Under the pieces are notes generated by a model. The model searched no databases. It had not been told where the DNA came from and was given only the letters and a program-made list of their open reading frames with translations. The position numbers and the translations under genes are program-made. Positions 1-13,215 of a DNA stretch of 64,000 nt are shown here, in pieces. The number at the start of each line of letters is the position of its first letter. Within the stretch, counting starts at the first letter, position 1. Origin of the DNA: Eledone cirrhosa (taxonomy: Eukaryota); the NCBI GenBank assembly GCA_964016885.1, contig OZ024740.1, positions 259,842,001 through 259,906,000 of the forward strand, in the 5' to 3' direction.

Positions 1-3000
1 CTAATGACTGAAAGCAGTAAAAGAATGTGGTTCTCTAGCATGGCCATGGGCTAATGACTGAAAGCAGTAAAAGAATGTGGTTCTCTAGCATGGCCATGGG
101 CTAATGACTGAAAGCAGTAAAAGAATGTGGTTCTCTAGCATGGCCGTGGGCTAATGACTGAAAGCAGTAAAAGAATGTGGTTCTCTAGCATGGCCATGGG
201 CTAATGACTGAAAGCAGTAAAAGAATGTGGTTCTCTAGCATGGCCGTGGGCTAATGACTAAAAGCAGTAAAAGAATGTGGTTCTCTAGCATGGCCATGGG
301 CTAATGACTGAAAGCAGTAAAAGAATGTGGTTCTCTAGCATGGCCATGGGCTAATGACTGAAAGCAGTAAAAGAATGTGGTTCTCTAGCATGGCCATGGG
401 CTAATGACTGAAAGCAGTAAAAGAATGTGGTTCTCTAGCATGGCCATGGGCTAATGACTGAAAGCAGTAAAAGAATGTGGTTCTCTAGCATGGCCATGGG
501 CTAATGACTGAAAGCAGTAAAAGAATGTGGTTCTCTAGCATGGCCATGGGCTAATGACTGAAAGCAGTAAAAGAATGTGGTTCTCTAGCATGGCCATGGG
601 CTAATGACTGAAAGCAGTAAAAGAATGTGGTTCTCTAGCATGGCCATGGGCTAATGACTGAAAGCAGTAAAAGAATGTGGTTCTCTAGCATGGCCATGGG
701 CTAATGACTGAAAGCAGTAAAAGAATGTGGTTCTCTAGCATGGCCATGGGCTAATGACTGAAAGCAGTAAAAGAATGTGGTTCTCTAGCATGGCCATGGT
801 CTAATGACTGAAAGCAGTAAAAGAATGTGGTTCTCTAGCATGGCCATGGGCTAATGACTGAAAGCAGTAAAAGAATGTGGTTCTCTAGCATGGCCATGGG
901 CTAATGACTGAAAGCAGTAAAAGAATGTGGTTCTCTAGCATGGCCATGGGCTAATGACTGAAAGCAGTAAAAGAATGTGGTTCTCTAGCATGGCCATGGT
1001 CTAATGACTGAAAGCAGTAAAAGAATGTGGTTCTCTAGCATGGCCATGGGCTAATGACTGAAAGCAGTAAAAGAATGTGGTTCTCTAGCATGGCCATGGG
1101 CTAATGACTGAAAGCAGTAAAAGAATGTGGTTCTCTAGCATGGCCATGGGCTAATGACTGAAAGCAGTAAAAGAATGTGGTTCTCTAGCATGGCCGTGGG
1201 CTAATGACTGAAAGCAGTAAAAGAATGTGGTTCTCTAGCATGGCCATGGTCTAATGACTGAAAGCAGTAAAAGAATGTGGTTCTCTAGCATGGCCATGGG
1301 CTAATGACTGAAAGCAGTAAAAGAATGTGGTTCTCTAGCATGGCCATGGGCTAATGACTGAAAGCAGTAAAAGAATGTGGTTCTCTAGCATGGCCATGGG
1401 CTAATGACTGAAAGCAGTAAAAGAATGTGGTTCTCTAGCATGGCCGTGGGCTAATGACTGAAAGCAGTAAAAGAATGTGGTTCTCTAGCATGGCCATGGG
1501 CTAATGACTGAAAGCAGTAAAAGAATGTGGTTCTCTAGCATGGCCGTGGTCTAATGACTGAAAGCAGTAAAAGAATGTGGTTCTCTAGCATGGCCATGGT
1601 CTAATGACTGAAAGCAGTAAAAGAATGTGGATCTCTAGCATGGCCGTGGTCTAATGACTGAAAGCAGTAAAAGAATGTGGTTCTCTGGCATGGCCGTGGG
1701 CTAATGACTGAAAGCAGTAAAAGAATGTGGTTCTCTAGCATGGCCGTGGTCTAATGACCGAAAGCAGTAAAAGAATGTGGTTCTCTAGCATGGCCGTGGG
1801 CTAATGACTGAAAGCAGTAAAAGAATGTGGTTCTCTGGCATGGCCGTGGGCTAATGACCGAAAGCAGTAAAAGAATGTGGTTCTCTAGCATGGCCGTGGG
1901 CTAATGACTGAAAGCAGTAAAAGAATGTGGTTCTCTAGCATGGCCGTGGTCTAATGACTGAAAGCATTAAAAGAATGTGGTTCTCTAGCATGGCCGTGGA
2001 CTAATGACTGAAAGCAGTAAAAGAATGTGGTTCTCTAGCATGGCCGTGGGCTAATGACTGAAAGCAGTAAAAGAATGTGGTTCTCTAGCATGGCCATGGT
2101 CTAATGACTGAAAGCAGTAAAAGAATGTGGTTCTCTAGCATGGCCGTGGTCTAATGACTGAAAGCAGTAAAAGAATGTGATTCTCTAGCATGGCCGTGGG
2201 CTAATGACTGAAAGCAGTAAAAGAATGTGGTTCTCTAGCATGGCCATGGGCTAATGACTGAAAGCAGTAAAAGAATGTGGTTCTCTAGCATGGCCGTGGG
2301 CTAATGACTGAAAGCAGTAAAAGAATGCGGTTCTCTAGCATGGCCATGGACTAATGACTGAAAGCAGTAAAAGAATGTGGTTCTCTAGCATGGCCGTGGG
2401 CTAATGACTGAAAGCAGTAAAAGAATGTGGTTCTCTAGCATGGCCATGGTCTAATGACTGAAAGCAGTAAAAGAATGTGGTTCTCTAGCATGGCCGTGGG
2501 CTAATGACTGAAAGCAGTAAAAGAATGTGGTTCTCTAGCATGGCCGTGGGCTAATGACTGAAAGCAGTAAAAGAATGTGGTTCTCTAGCATGGCCATGGT
2601 CTAATGACTGAAAGCAGTAAAAGAATGTGGTTCTCTAGCATGGCCGTGGTCTAATGACTGAAAGCAGTAAAAGAATGTGATTCTCTAGCATGGCCGTGGG
2701 CTAATGACTGAAAGCAGTAAAAGAATGTGGTTCTCTAGCATGGCCATGGGCTAATGACTGAAAGCAGTAAAAGAATGTGGTTCTCTAGCATGGCCGTGGG
2801 CTAATGACTGAAAGCAGTAAAAGAATGCGGTTCTCTAGCATGGCCATGGACTAATGACTGAAAGCAGTAAAAGAATGTGGTTCTCTAGCATGGCCGTGGG
2901 CTAATGACTGAAAGCAGTAAAAGAATGTGGTTCTCTAGCATGGCCGTGGTCTAATGACTGAAAGCAGTAAAAGAATGTGGTTCTCTAGCATAGCCATGGG

Positions 3001-5226
3001 CTAATGACTGAAAGCAGTAAAAGAATGTGGTTCTCTAGCATGGCCGTGGGCTAATGACTGAAAGCAGTAAAAGAATGTGGTTCTCTAGCATGGCCATGGT
3101 CTAATGACTGAAAGCAGTAAAAGAATGTGGTTCTCTAGCATGGCCGTGGTCTAATGACTGAAAGCAGTAAAAGAATGTGATTCTCTAGCATGGCCGTGGG
3201 CTAATGACTGAAAGCAGTAAAAGAATGTGGTTCTCTAGCATGGCCATGGGCTAATGACTGAAAGCAGTAAAAGAATGTGGTTCTCTAGCATGGCCGTGGG
3301 CTAATGACTGAAAGCAGTAAAAGAATGCGGTTCTCTAGCATGGCCATGGACTAATGACTGAAAGCAGTAAAAGAATGTGGTTCTCTAGCATGGCCGTGGG
3401 CTAATGACTGAAAGCAGTAAAAGAATGTGGTTCTCTAGCATGGCCGTGGTCTAATGACTGAAAGCAGTAAAAGAATGTGGTTCTCTAGCATAGCCATGGG
3501 CTAATGACTGAAAGCAGTAAAAGAATGTGGTTCTCTAGCATGGCCGTGGGCTAATGACTGAAAGCAGTAAAAGAATGTGGTTCTCTCGCATGGCCGTGGG
3601 CTAATGACTGAAAGCAGTAAAAGAATGTGGTTCTCTAGCATGGCCGTGGTCTAATGACTGAAAGCAGTAAAAGAATGAGGTTCTCTAGCATAGCCATGGG
3701 CTAATGACTGAAAGCAGTAAAAGAATGTGGTTCTCTAGCATGGCCGTGGGCTAATGACTGAAAGCAGTAAAAGAATGTGGTTCTCTAGCATGGCCGTGGG
3801 CTAATGACTGAAAGCAGTAAAAGAATGTGGTTCTCTAGCATAGCCATGGGCTAATGACTGAAAGCAGTAAAAGAATGTGGTTCTCTAGCATGGCCGTGGG
3901 CTAATGACTGAAAGCAGTAAAAGAATGTGGTTCTCTAGCATGGCCATGGGCTAATGACTGAAAGCAGTAAAAGAATGTGGTTCTCTAGCATGGCCGTGGG
4001 CTAATGACTGAAAGCAGTAAAAGAATGTGGTTCTCTGGCATGGCCGTGGGCTAATGACTGAAAGCAGTAAAAGAATGTGGTTCTCTAGCATGGCCGTGGG
4101 CTAATGACTGAAAGCAGTAAAAGAATGTGGTTCTCTAGCATGGCCGTGGGCTAATGACTGAAAGCAGTAAAAGAATGTGGTTCTCTAGCATAGCCATGGG
4201 CTAATGACTGAAAGCAGTAAAAGAATGTGGTTCTCTAGCATGGCCGTGGGCTAATGACTGAAAGCAGTAAAAGAATGTGGTTCTCTAGCATGGCCATGGG
4301 CTAATGACTGAAAGCAGTAAAAGAATGTGGTTCTCTAGCATGGCCGTGGGCTAATGACTGAAAGCAGTAAAAGAATGTGGTTCTCTGGCATGGCCGTGGG
4401 CTAATGACTGAAAGCAGTAAAAGAATGTGGTTCTCTAGCATGGCCGTGGGCTAATGACTGAAAGCAGTAAAAGAATGTGGCTCTCTAGCATGGCCATGGG
4501 CTAATGACTGAAAGCAGTAAAAGAATGTGGTTCTCTAGCATGGCCGTGGGCTAATGACTGAAAACAGTAAAAGAATGTGGTTCTCTAGCATGGCCGTGGG
4601 CTAATGACTGAAAGCAGTAAAAGAATGTGGTTCTCTAGCATGGCCGTGGGCTAATGACTGAAAGCAGTAAAAGAATGTGGTTCTCTAGCATGGCCATGGG
4701 CTAATGACTGAAAGCAGTAAAAGAATGTGGTTCTCTAGCATGGCCGTGGGCTAATGACTGAAAGCAGTAAAAGAATGTGGTTCTCTAGCATGGCCATGGG
4801 CTAATGACTGAAAGCAGTAAAAGAATGTGGTTCTCTAGCATGGCCGTGGGCTAATGACTGAAAGCAGTAAAAGAATGTGGTTCTCTAGCATGGCCATGGT
4901 CTAATGACTGAAAGCAGTAAAAGAATGTGGTTCTCTAGCATGGCCATGGTCTAATGACTGAAAGCAGTAAAAGAATGTGGTTCTCTAGCATGGCCGTGGG
5001 CTAATGACTGAAAGCAGTAAAAGAATGTGGTTCTCTAGCATGGCCGTGGGCTAATGACTGAAAGCAGTAAAAGAATGTGGTTCTCTAGCATGGCCATGGT
5101 CTAATGACTGAAAGCAGTAAAAGAATGTGGTTCTCTAGCATGGCCGTGGGCTAATGACTGAAAGCAGTAAAAGAATGTGGTTCTCTAGCATGGCCGTGGG
5201 CTAATGACTGAAAGCAGTAAAAGAAT
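1..5226. repeat. 50-bp tandem satellite, ~104 copies, running off the left edge of the window
   Basis: Unit ctaatgactgaaagcagtaaaagaatgtggttctctagcatggcc(a/g)tgg(g/t) repeats at an exact 50-bp period with point variants only and no spacers; ends in aaagaataatagaat. Confidence 0.99.
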
Positions 5227-5659
5227 AATAGAATATGAATAAATCTAGACTGCAAACTTATAATGTAAATAAAGCACACTGTGTTTTAACTTCATCTGTA
5301 ACCTTACACAAACTTCATCCTGAGTTTCTACAGAGGCCATATCGCACCGTAACATACTGACCTTTCACATGTCATCATCCCTATCCTTAGGCTAACCCAA
5401 ATATCTCACCATCTTCCTCTTCATTACATGCCATTCTCTTTCCCCTCTTATCAACTAACAAGATATTAACTCTTAACCTGTGATTATTCATATGTTGACT
5501 AAAACGTGTTTGTTAATTCAAATTTTTATAGTATCTTTACTAGTGAACAGAATGTGAAAATTTGCAGTATTAGTGTAAAGATTTTTAATGTGATACAACG
5601 ATAGAAGTGTTGCTCTTTTCAAGAATATCTTGTTAATGTGGTTTTATGTGGTACAACAT

Positions 5660-6075
5660 ATCACTACCACCACTACAAACACTATCATCACTATAAACAT
5701 CACCATCACACAACCATCACATACAACACCACCACTACCATCATTAATACTACAACCGACACGACAATCATAACTACAACTGTCATCATCATCATACAAA
5801 CAATACATCCATCTTTAACATCACAAACAACACTACCACCACCATTAATACTACAACAACCACCATCCACACTGCCACCCCACTATGAACACCACCACTA
5901 CAAACAACATCAGAACATCCTACCACCAACACCACCATCTATGCCACGCCTCTATGAACACCACCCCAAACACTACAATCAACACCACCACCATCACCTC
6001 CCCCCACCATCCTATCATCAACACCGCCACTATCCCCCCCACCCCACCCCCACCATAATCAACACCACACCCAGC
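5660..6075. repeat. ACC/CAC-rich low-complexity tract
   Basis: Degenerate (acc/cat)n; the H/T/P-rich ORF here is compositional. Confidence 0.8.
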
Positions 6076-6448
6076 ATAACTTTCAAAATCCTTAATTAGA
6101 AAATGGCACCATTAAGATGTAAGTTTGTATCAGACACAACCCAACTCTAATGAAATTATACATTTTGTGCACGACTTTATGAGCTAATCTTAGGAAAAAA
6201 AGATCAGAGTAAGCTATTGATTAGTTATTGATTACTCAATATATTGATCCCATCCTATTATCTGAATGTTTACCATTTCATTATAGTTCAAGTTGCAATC
6301 TTTCTGAAATATCTTAACTCTTAGCGTCCTGTACCACATGAAACCATTTCAGCAAGAAATTATTGAAAAGGATAAACCAGCACTATAACTGCATTACCTT
6401 AAAAATTAAAGTCTTTATTGTAAATTTTCGCAGTAATCTGTTCACTTA

Positions 6449-6836
6449 CTCTCGGGTCCCAAATAATAGGGGTAGGGGGTTGGAATAAGTGGAGAGTGTG
6501 TGTGTGTGGGGGGGGGGGGGGGGGTGATAAGGGGAGGATTGGTAATTTTTCTAGGTTGTTGCTGTTGATTTTTTTAAAAACCAGAATTAGTTTATTTTAC
6601 ATATGGAGACCCCAACCCATCCTATCTATTTTATAACATATGGGATTTCTTGTAATGTACTTCTTTTTGTCATGTATAATGTTTTTTAATGTATAATTAA
6701 AATTGTTGCAGGAATGTTACCGCTTAAAATAACATTTCACTGGAGATAAATTAACAAAATTTAATAAGCAGGAGGTTGGAAAACATCTGAAAGATAAGTG
6801 GGGTTGGGGATGGGACATTTATTCGTGGCACGAGAG
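6449..6836. mobile_element. Non-autonomous DNA transposon (MITE) with TA target duplication, Tc1/mariner-like
   Basis: Left end TA|ctctcgggtcccaaataa; right end reverse-complements to TA|ctctcgtgccacgaataa; no ORF. Confidence 0.7.
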
Positions 6837-7009
6837 TATGGAGAAAATATAAACATTTAAATTTTAAAATATATATATAACTGCATTATGACTACTTCAC
6901 ATTAAAAACTCACAACTTTATTCTAATACTGAAAACTTTCATGACATGTCCACTAGAAAAGATACTATAAACATTTGAATGAACAAACTATATAAATGAA
7001 ACATGACTT

Positions 7010-7364
7010 CACAACCACAATTCCACTACAAACTCCATTATTCCCCACCTCCATCATCAAACCTATACCCTGTCTGCCATTGTTCCCCACCACCAACCCT
7101 ATCATCAATACCACCACCATCCCTAGATTACAAAAACCATCATCACCATCACCACCATCACTAGATACCCCTATAAACACCACCATCACTAGATACTCCT
7201 ATAAACACTATCACCAGATACCCCTATAAACACCATCATCACCACCATCACTAGATACCCCTACTAACACCATCACTAGATACTCCTACTAAAACAATCA
7301 CCATCATCACCACCATCACTAGATACAAACACCATCGCCATCACCACCATCACTAGATACTCCT
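7010..7364. repeat. Degenerate minisatellite (accaccatcactagatac-like), resuming at 8548
   Basis: Motif caccatcactagatac recurs several times and the array is interrupted by the LINE at 7365-8547. Confidence 0.75.
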
Positions 7365-8547
7365 GGAGAGATGTCAAAAGTTGTTGTATATTATCTAGGC
7401 AATCTGCAAAGTCAAGGTCAGTGAGATGTTTAGAGGGGTGCCTAGAGCTCATGTGGTGTTTGATGGCTCTACCTTTGTTATTGATTTTATCAAATCTTAG
7501 AGCGTAGTCTAGAGCAATGATAAAGAGAAATGGGGCAAGAGTGTACCCTACAGCACTCCTGCTGAGATGTTAAAGAACTCTATTGGGCCATCATGGGTGA
7601 TGATAGTGACACTTGTATTGAGACACAGAGCCTTAATTGCTTCCAAAAGTCTTGCTGGAATGCCATACAAGGGTAGAATTTCAAACAGAATATCGTTGTT
7701 TATGCTGTCAAAAGCTTTTCTAAAGTCAACAAAACTAGAGCCATTTGTCAGAGTTTCTCATCTCTTCCACTACTCTTCTCAAGGTAAAAATCTGTGCAAG
7801 TGTAGATCTACCACGCCTAAAACCGTTTTCGTTGATGAAAAGGATTAGATCAACATACGGAACTATACAGATGAGGATTAGCTTTTGTAGATTTTGGCAG
7901 CAATGGGCGTAGGTGATATTCCCCAGTAGTTTTGGGGGGATGAGAGGTCACCTTTTTGGGGAGGATAGGAACTATGCCTGCTTTTGGCCAACTTATTGGA
8001 GGAGTTTTGTTGCTTAAGGTGTCGTTGTAGATTGATAATAGGACTGTATCTCAATGAGGGTAAAACAGTGTACATATCAAACTGTACAGGCAAAGCAAAC
8101 AACGGCAGTGATATCAAGCAAGTCGAGGATTTTAAGTATCTTGGTCTTGGGCTTTGGGAACGATTTTGCCACCAGAAATGCCCAAGAATGGTCAGCTTGT
8201 AACAAGATGGATCGAGTGTGGTGCTCAAATCAACAACAAAAGCGCCTTGATGGGACCTACACTTGCCTGCTTCAATGCATTCAGAACATAAGATGGCGAC
8301 ATCTGACTTTGAAATAAATATATGCCAGCCTCCCATGCATATCTGAGGTTGTGTCCTCACTAGTGCTCTGGAAACCACAAGAAGTCACTAATAACAGGGG
8401 GCATAAGCTCTCCTCTGCCGATGTCATTGCCAGAGATTCTAGCATTGAAATCCGGGACTTGGCAATAGCAATGAACGATAGACCCCACGTGGATATCAAT
8501 TGTAGAGTTGATTTCGGCCGAGGCCACCGGATGAATGAATGACTGAT
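7365..8547 (+). mobile_element. Decayed RTE-like LINE fragment with inverted 5' segment
   Basis: Minus strand ~8015->7370 encodes KGDLSSPQNYWGIS, GFRRGRST, FVDFRKAFDSI and LTDLDFAD; plus strand ~8030->8545 encodes GLYLNEGKT, VEDFKYLG and AMNDR, then an (atga)n tail; flanks gatactcct/gatacccct resemble a TSD. Confidence 0.75.
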
Positions 8548-8961
8548 GATACCCCTACAAACACTATCATCACCAACACCACATCCCTTCCATTACAAAA
8601 ACTGTCATCACCACCATCAACATTAAGTTAATTCATTTATTCTTTCTCTATACTATGGCAGAAATCTTAATTGATTAAATCTTTCCTTGGCACATACTAC
8701 ATTAAGTATTTTAAGACTGACTTTACTACTTTTTTTTTTATACAGGGCATGTCCCAGAGTATTTTCAAAATGGTTTTCTGAAAAGTCTTTAATTTTCTCT
8801 TCCAAGATTACACTTAAAAATAGGACTATAAAACAGCAGTGGAGGGGGGGGGGGGTCTGGGACATCAGAGTAAGACAGAAAGGGAGGGAGAGGTGGAAGA
8901 AAGTGAAGTGTGGGAAGAGCAAGAGAAAAAAAGAAAAGGAGAGTTGGAAAATGGGGAAGAG

Positions 8962-8966
<5 letters not shown>

Positions 8967-9010
<44 letters not shown>
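8967..9010. repeat. (GA)n microsatellite in a purine-rich tract
   Basis: Direct reading. Confidence 0.95.
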
Positions 9011-9013
<3 letters not shown>

Positions 9014-9714
9014 ATGGGGAAATAGTGATAGTTATGGATCGAAAAAAAAAGGAGAGAAAAAGAAAAACAGAGAGAAAGAAAGAAAAATAGAGGAGAGAAA
9101 GAGAGAGAGGGGTGGGGAGAGGTGAAAGAGAAAAAGAAAGAAGGAGATGGCTGAAGGGCTGAAATTGTGATTTATTGATTTTTCTCAAATCTTAAACGTG
9201 ATTAAGCTAAAAGCAGAGATAAAAGTTCAATGATGCAGGATGGTTTTCAAGTGCAACAGTGCAGTTGTTGCAATATAGTGCAGCAACATTTTTTTTAAAG
9301 ATTTGCAACAGATCATTTTTCTCTACTCACACAGTCCCATATAACTTTTTTAAACTGTGCAATATTGCATTTTTCATGAAACACACTGTATTTGAATTAA
9401 CTAATAACGAATTGGGTGGAATTTACTACAATTAATTATTTTATAATAATGAATTAACAATTTTAGTAAATTTTTCATTAATTAATTAAAATAAAGTATA
9501 TTTCATAATTAATATGATATTTGTAACAAAAGGTTTCTTATTTAAAATTATGTTGGAACATCTTAATAATTAATTATTATTATGAAATAATTTATAATTA
9601 TAGTAAATCCCTCCAAATTCTTCTCTAATTGAGATATAATGTATAGCATTATTAAGAGGATATTTCTAACATAACTTAACAAAACGTTTCTGATACTTCT
9701 ACTTCTAAAACAGT

Positions 9715-9959
9715 TGACATGGTGTCAGACCTTATTCACTTACTGAGTGAGGTGCAGCTCGTCAAATCAAACCAAGGAAACAATGTTTCCATTGGTCTTT
9801 CCACTGTTCGTATTATCTACCGGTTGAAATTCTTGGCAGAAGGTGCAACATGAAATAAGTGTTTTACTGAAGGACATAACGCATTACCCAGTTCAGGAAT
9901 CAAACTTACAACTTCATGATTGCAAATCCAATTCTCTAACCACTAACCACGCGTCTTCA
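9715..9959 (-). mobile_element. tRNA-derived SINE (family 1); related copies at ~11975-12150 and ~57885-57997
   Basis: Minus strand starts tgaagacgcgtggttagtggttagag...gtttgattcc (A/B-box-like); block caaggaaacaatgtt(t/c)ccattggtctttcca is shared by all three loci. Confidence 0.75.
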
Positions 9960-10849
9960 ATAAGAATAATTAAAGCCTAACTTGGAAGAATAGGATTTCC
10001 TGTCAGATTTCCTATTTTGTAACAATTGCAAATATAAAAAGAATATTTATTTCATACATGACTGCATTAATATGTTTGGCTTTGTTCATTTTCTTGATGT
10101 TATGGAAATCCACAAATTGAGTTGCATATACATTTTCTTATATAAAACTATATTGGCAGATTTTAATCTAAATAAATATCTTCAAGGAACTAGAGATGAT
10201 TTTTTGGTATCAAAAGAGCTAAATGAATGATACAAAAACTTCTGCCAATTCCATCTAGTAAATTCCAATCACATGGCATTGGTCAACCTGAGACTATAGA
10301 AGAATACACTTGTCCAAGGTGCTGTGAAGTGAAAAATTAAGAGAAGCAAATTGTGGATATGGGATTTATTTGTTGTTTATTGCAGGTTTTCTGAATATTT
10401 TGAAACACTAAAGTGATTAGTGATTGATCAATAGCATAGGACAGAGAAGACTCTTTAGTCATGGCAAGGACATGAAAAGCTTTCTATTGTTGGTGCTACA
10501 ATAATATGCACCCATTACACTCTGTAAAATGATTGGTGTTATAATAACATAAGATATAGAGGACTGTTTAATCTTGTAAAGAACATGACAAACTTTCTAG
10601 CATTGATGCCATGATAAAATGCACCTAGTACACTCTGTAAAGTAGTTAGTGATAGAAAGGGCATCCAGATGTAGAAGTCATGTCAAAAATGGAACATATG
10701 AGTGAGATATCATCCCTCAACCCATCTAAGAAGACAGTAACTCCAAATATGAAAAGATGTGCACAGTAACAACACATCCAGTAGGAAAAATAGATGTATG
10801 GTGACAATAATGATTACAAAAAAAACAAAAACAATAAGCAAATACTGGG

Positions 10850-11050
10850 GCTTGTCCAACCTTTCCCTCTTTGCACCAGTCGCCGTTAAGACCTCAGGTG
10901 TCCTCCGATCCCAGACAGCCAAGCTGTTTCACAAAATCAGAACATCAGCAGCTCATCTGAGGAAGGAGCCCCTGTGGAAGCATGTGTTGCCATTGTCTAC
11001 GGAAATGTTTTTGCAGTTTTCTTCGTGGGGTGCAGCCGAAACACCACTCT
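10850..11050 (+). mobile_element. Short decayed C-terminal fragment of an RLE-type (CRE-like) non-LTR element
   Basis: FAPVAVKTSGVL...EP...VAIVYGN resembles the FxPxAxETxG...QRGNA end of CRE-clade proteins (recognised from memory). Confidence 0.4.
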
Positions 11051-11761
11051 GACCCCCACTCCCTTTCTTTCATTGCCTAATAGTCCTTGCTCTTTTCCTC
11101 CTTTTCTTCTCATTAATAGCAATTATAGTCCTTTCCTTTACTTTCCTACACAGTCATATCTGTTCTTCCTTACGCCTTTCCCCCTTTTTTTTTATACATA
11201 CCTTATATTTGTATTAAAATTAATAAGAAATATATTTCCTCTCTTGAATATTTAATCAGCCCGTTATTCTTAATTAGTTCAGATTTTACACTTGAGATCT
11301 AATTCACAGTAACTTAATCAAATTATGAAAAAAAAAAAAGAAAAAAGGAAAAAACTCCTCCTTCAATGTGTAGGACTGATTTCATTCATATAGAGAAATG
11401 GTCTGGAGTGGGGCCTAGTAATATGGAGAAGCAATAAAAGTAGGGAGTGGGTGGAATTAACAGGCATATTATTTTAAAGTAGATTAATTTATTTAATTGG
11501 ATGTGACTGGATGACACATTTGAGAACAGTATTCTTATATCAACATAAATAGTCAAATGGTGAAATTCACTTCACAATAATGAGGTTTTCAGTTTAACCC
11601 TACTTTATGGATTATATATATATATATATATATATACAAAATTAAGATAAATCAAAGTGAATTTAATCTAAATCAAAATTATGGGTGTCATGCCAGAAAG
11701 GCATGCGCCATATCACCCGTAAAATAAGCTCCAAGATTCTAATGAATAGGTCCGAGCATTT

Positions 11762-11899
11762 TATAACAACTAGAAATTGATTAACATATAAATAAACATA
11801 TGAAACAATCACAGGGGATAATTTTTACAAGTGTAAAAATTGTAAAAATTATCCCCTGTGATTGTTTCATATGTTTATTTATATGTTAATCAATAGTTG

Positions 11900-11904
<5 letters not shown>
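11762..11904. repeat. Long perfect inverted repeat (55-bp arms, 9-nt loop)
   Basis: 11776-11830 is the exact reverse complement of 11840-11894; outer arms tataacaacta/tagttgttata. Confidence 0.95.
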
Positions 11905-11962
<58 letters not shown>

Positions 11963-12278
11963 TTTTACATTGATTGACAAGATCCCAGACCTTATTCGCT
12001 TACTGAGTGGGATGGAACTCATCAAATGAGATCAAGGAAACAATGTTCCCATTGGTCTTTCCATTGTTGATGCTATCTACTGATCACAACTGCCGGCAGA
12101 AGGAGCAATGTGAAATAAATAAACTGTCTTGCTCAATCCAGAAATCAAACTAAATTGGTAATTAGAACCATGATCATATTGTAATAAATTCTAAACAGAA
12201 AGTAAATGGACTTCTGTTAAGATTATACTACAATGTGATCAAGGTTTTAATTACCAATTTAGTTATGTTTTACACCAT

Positions 12279-12310
<32 letters not shown>

Positions 12311-12595
12311 TGCTATATCTATTATGTAGAAACAAACACATCCATAATTCAGGAACTAATTAATATACAAAAGTTCCTATTTAAATTTAAATCTTCCAAC
12401 ATAATTTTATATAAAAACCATATGTTAAATTAACATCTCAGTTAATGAATAATTAATAATTTTCGTAAATGTTTTGAAAGTCTTCCTCAATTAATTGAAA
12501 TACAGAGTTTGTCATTAGAAATATGGTAATGAAACAGTTTAAAAAATGTACTGTAGAACTAGGGACAGTTTCATGTGGATAAGCATGAAAGAGAT

Positions 12596-12775
12596 CATCA
12601 TCATCAGGTTTAACATCTTCTTTACTTGTCACAAGCATTCAACATTTTGTTAGCCTCTTTCAAAGCATTTCTCCAGAGTATTCATTCCAGAGATAGGTTT
12701 TGATCCAAGTTCCCTGATTACCTCTTCCCAGGTCTTATGTGGGCGTCCTCTTCCCACAATCTTGATATATCTAAA
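12596..12775 (-). mobile_element. RTE 3'-end fragment
   Basis: Minus strand encodes GRGRPHKTWEEVI...WRNA, followed by a (gat)n tail. Confidence 0.6.
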
Positions 12776-12794
12776 ACAGACTAAAGTTTGTCTC

Positions 12795-13018
12795 AAGCCA
12801 GAAGGCTCATCATACTGGTGCTTATCCTAGTTTCTGTGGTGTCAAGCAACTGAGAGTACAAGACTTTCCTCTGGACAGGATGCCAGTCCATCACAGAGTT
12901 AAAACCCCGGCTATTGCTTGTACTCATTTTCAGCTGAGTATACTTAAGCAATGTGAAATTAAGTGTTTTGCTCAAGAACACAACACACAACCCAGTCCAG
13001 GAATTGAACCCACAACAT
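12795..13018 (-). mobile_element. tRNA-derived SINE with CORE-like block
   Basis: Minus strand gtgggttcaattcctggactggg...gttcttgagcaaaacacttt...gatggactggcatcctgtccag. Confidence 0.65.
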
Positions 13019-13020
13019 TT

Positions 13021-13206
13021 GGTGGATTGGCAGTATCGGTAGAGGGTCGGACATCATGCTTTGACGCATAGAGTTATGGCTCTTGCCATTCTGAGTTCAA
13101 ATCCCGCCGAGGTTAACTTTGCCTTTCATCCTTACAGGGTTGATAAAATAAAGTACCAGTAATGCACTGGGTAATTGCTGGCCTTGTGCCAAAAGTTACA
13201 CAATTA
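13021..13206 (+). mobile_element. ~185-bp tRNA-derived SINE (family 2)
   Basis: ggattggcagtatcggtagag (A box) ... gagttcaaatccc (B box) ... gcctttcatcctt...gataaaataaagtaccag; near-identical copies occur elsewhere in the window. Confidence 0.85.
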
Positions 13207-13215
13207 CCACTAGGC

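Noticed and set aside
1-5226. CRISPR-like array
   Set aside because: Units are head-to-tail with no unique spacers, there are no cas genes and the context is eukaryotic.
5638-7229. His/Pro/Thr-rich ORFs as extensin- or mucin-like genes
   Set aside because: Explained by ACC-rich simple sequence; no splice or domain support.
8742-9390. DNA transposon bounded by tacagggc / cacactgta
   Set aside because: Terminal similarity is too weak to call TIRs.
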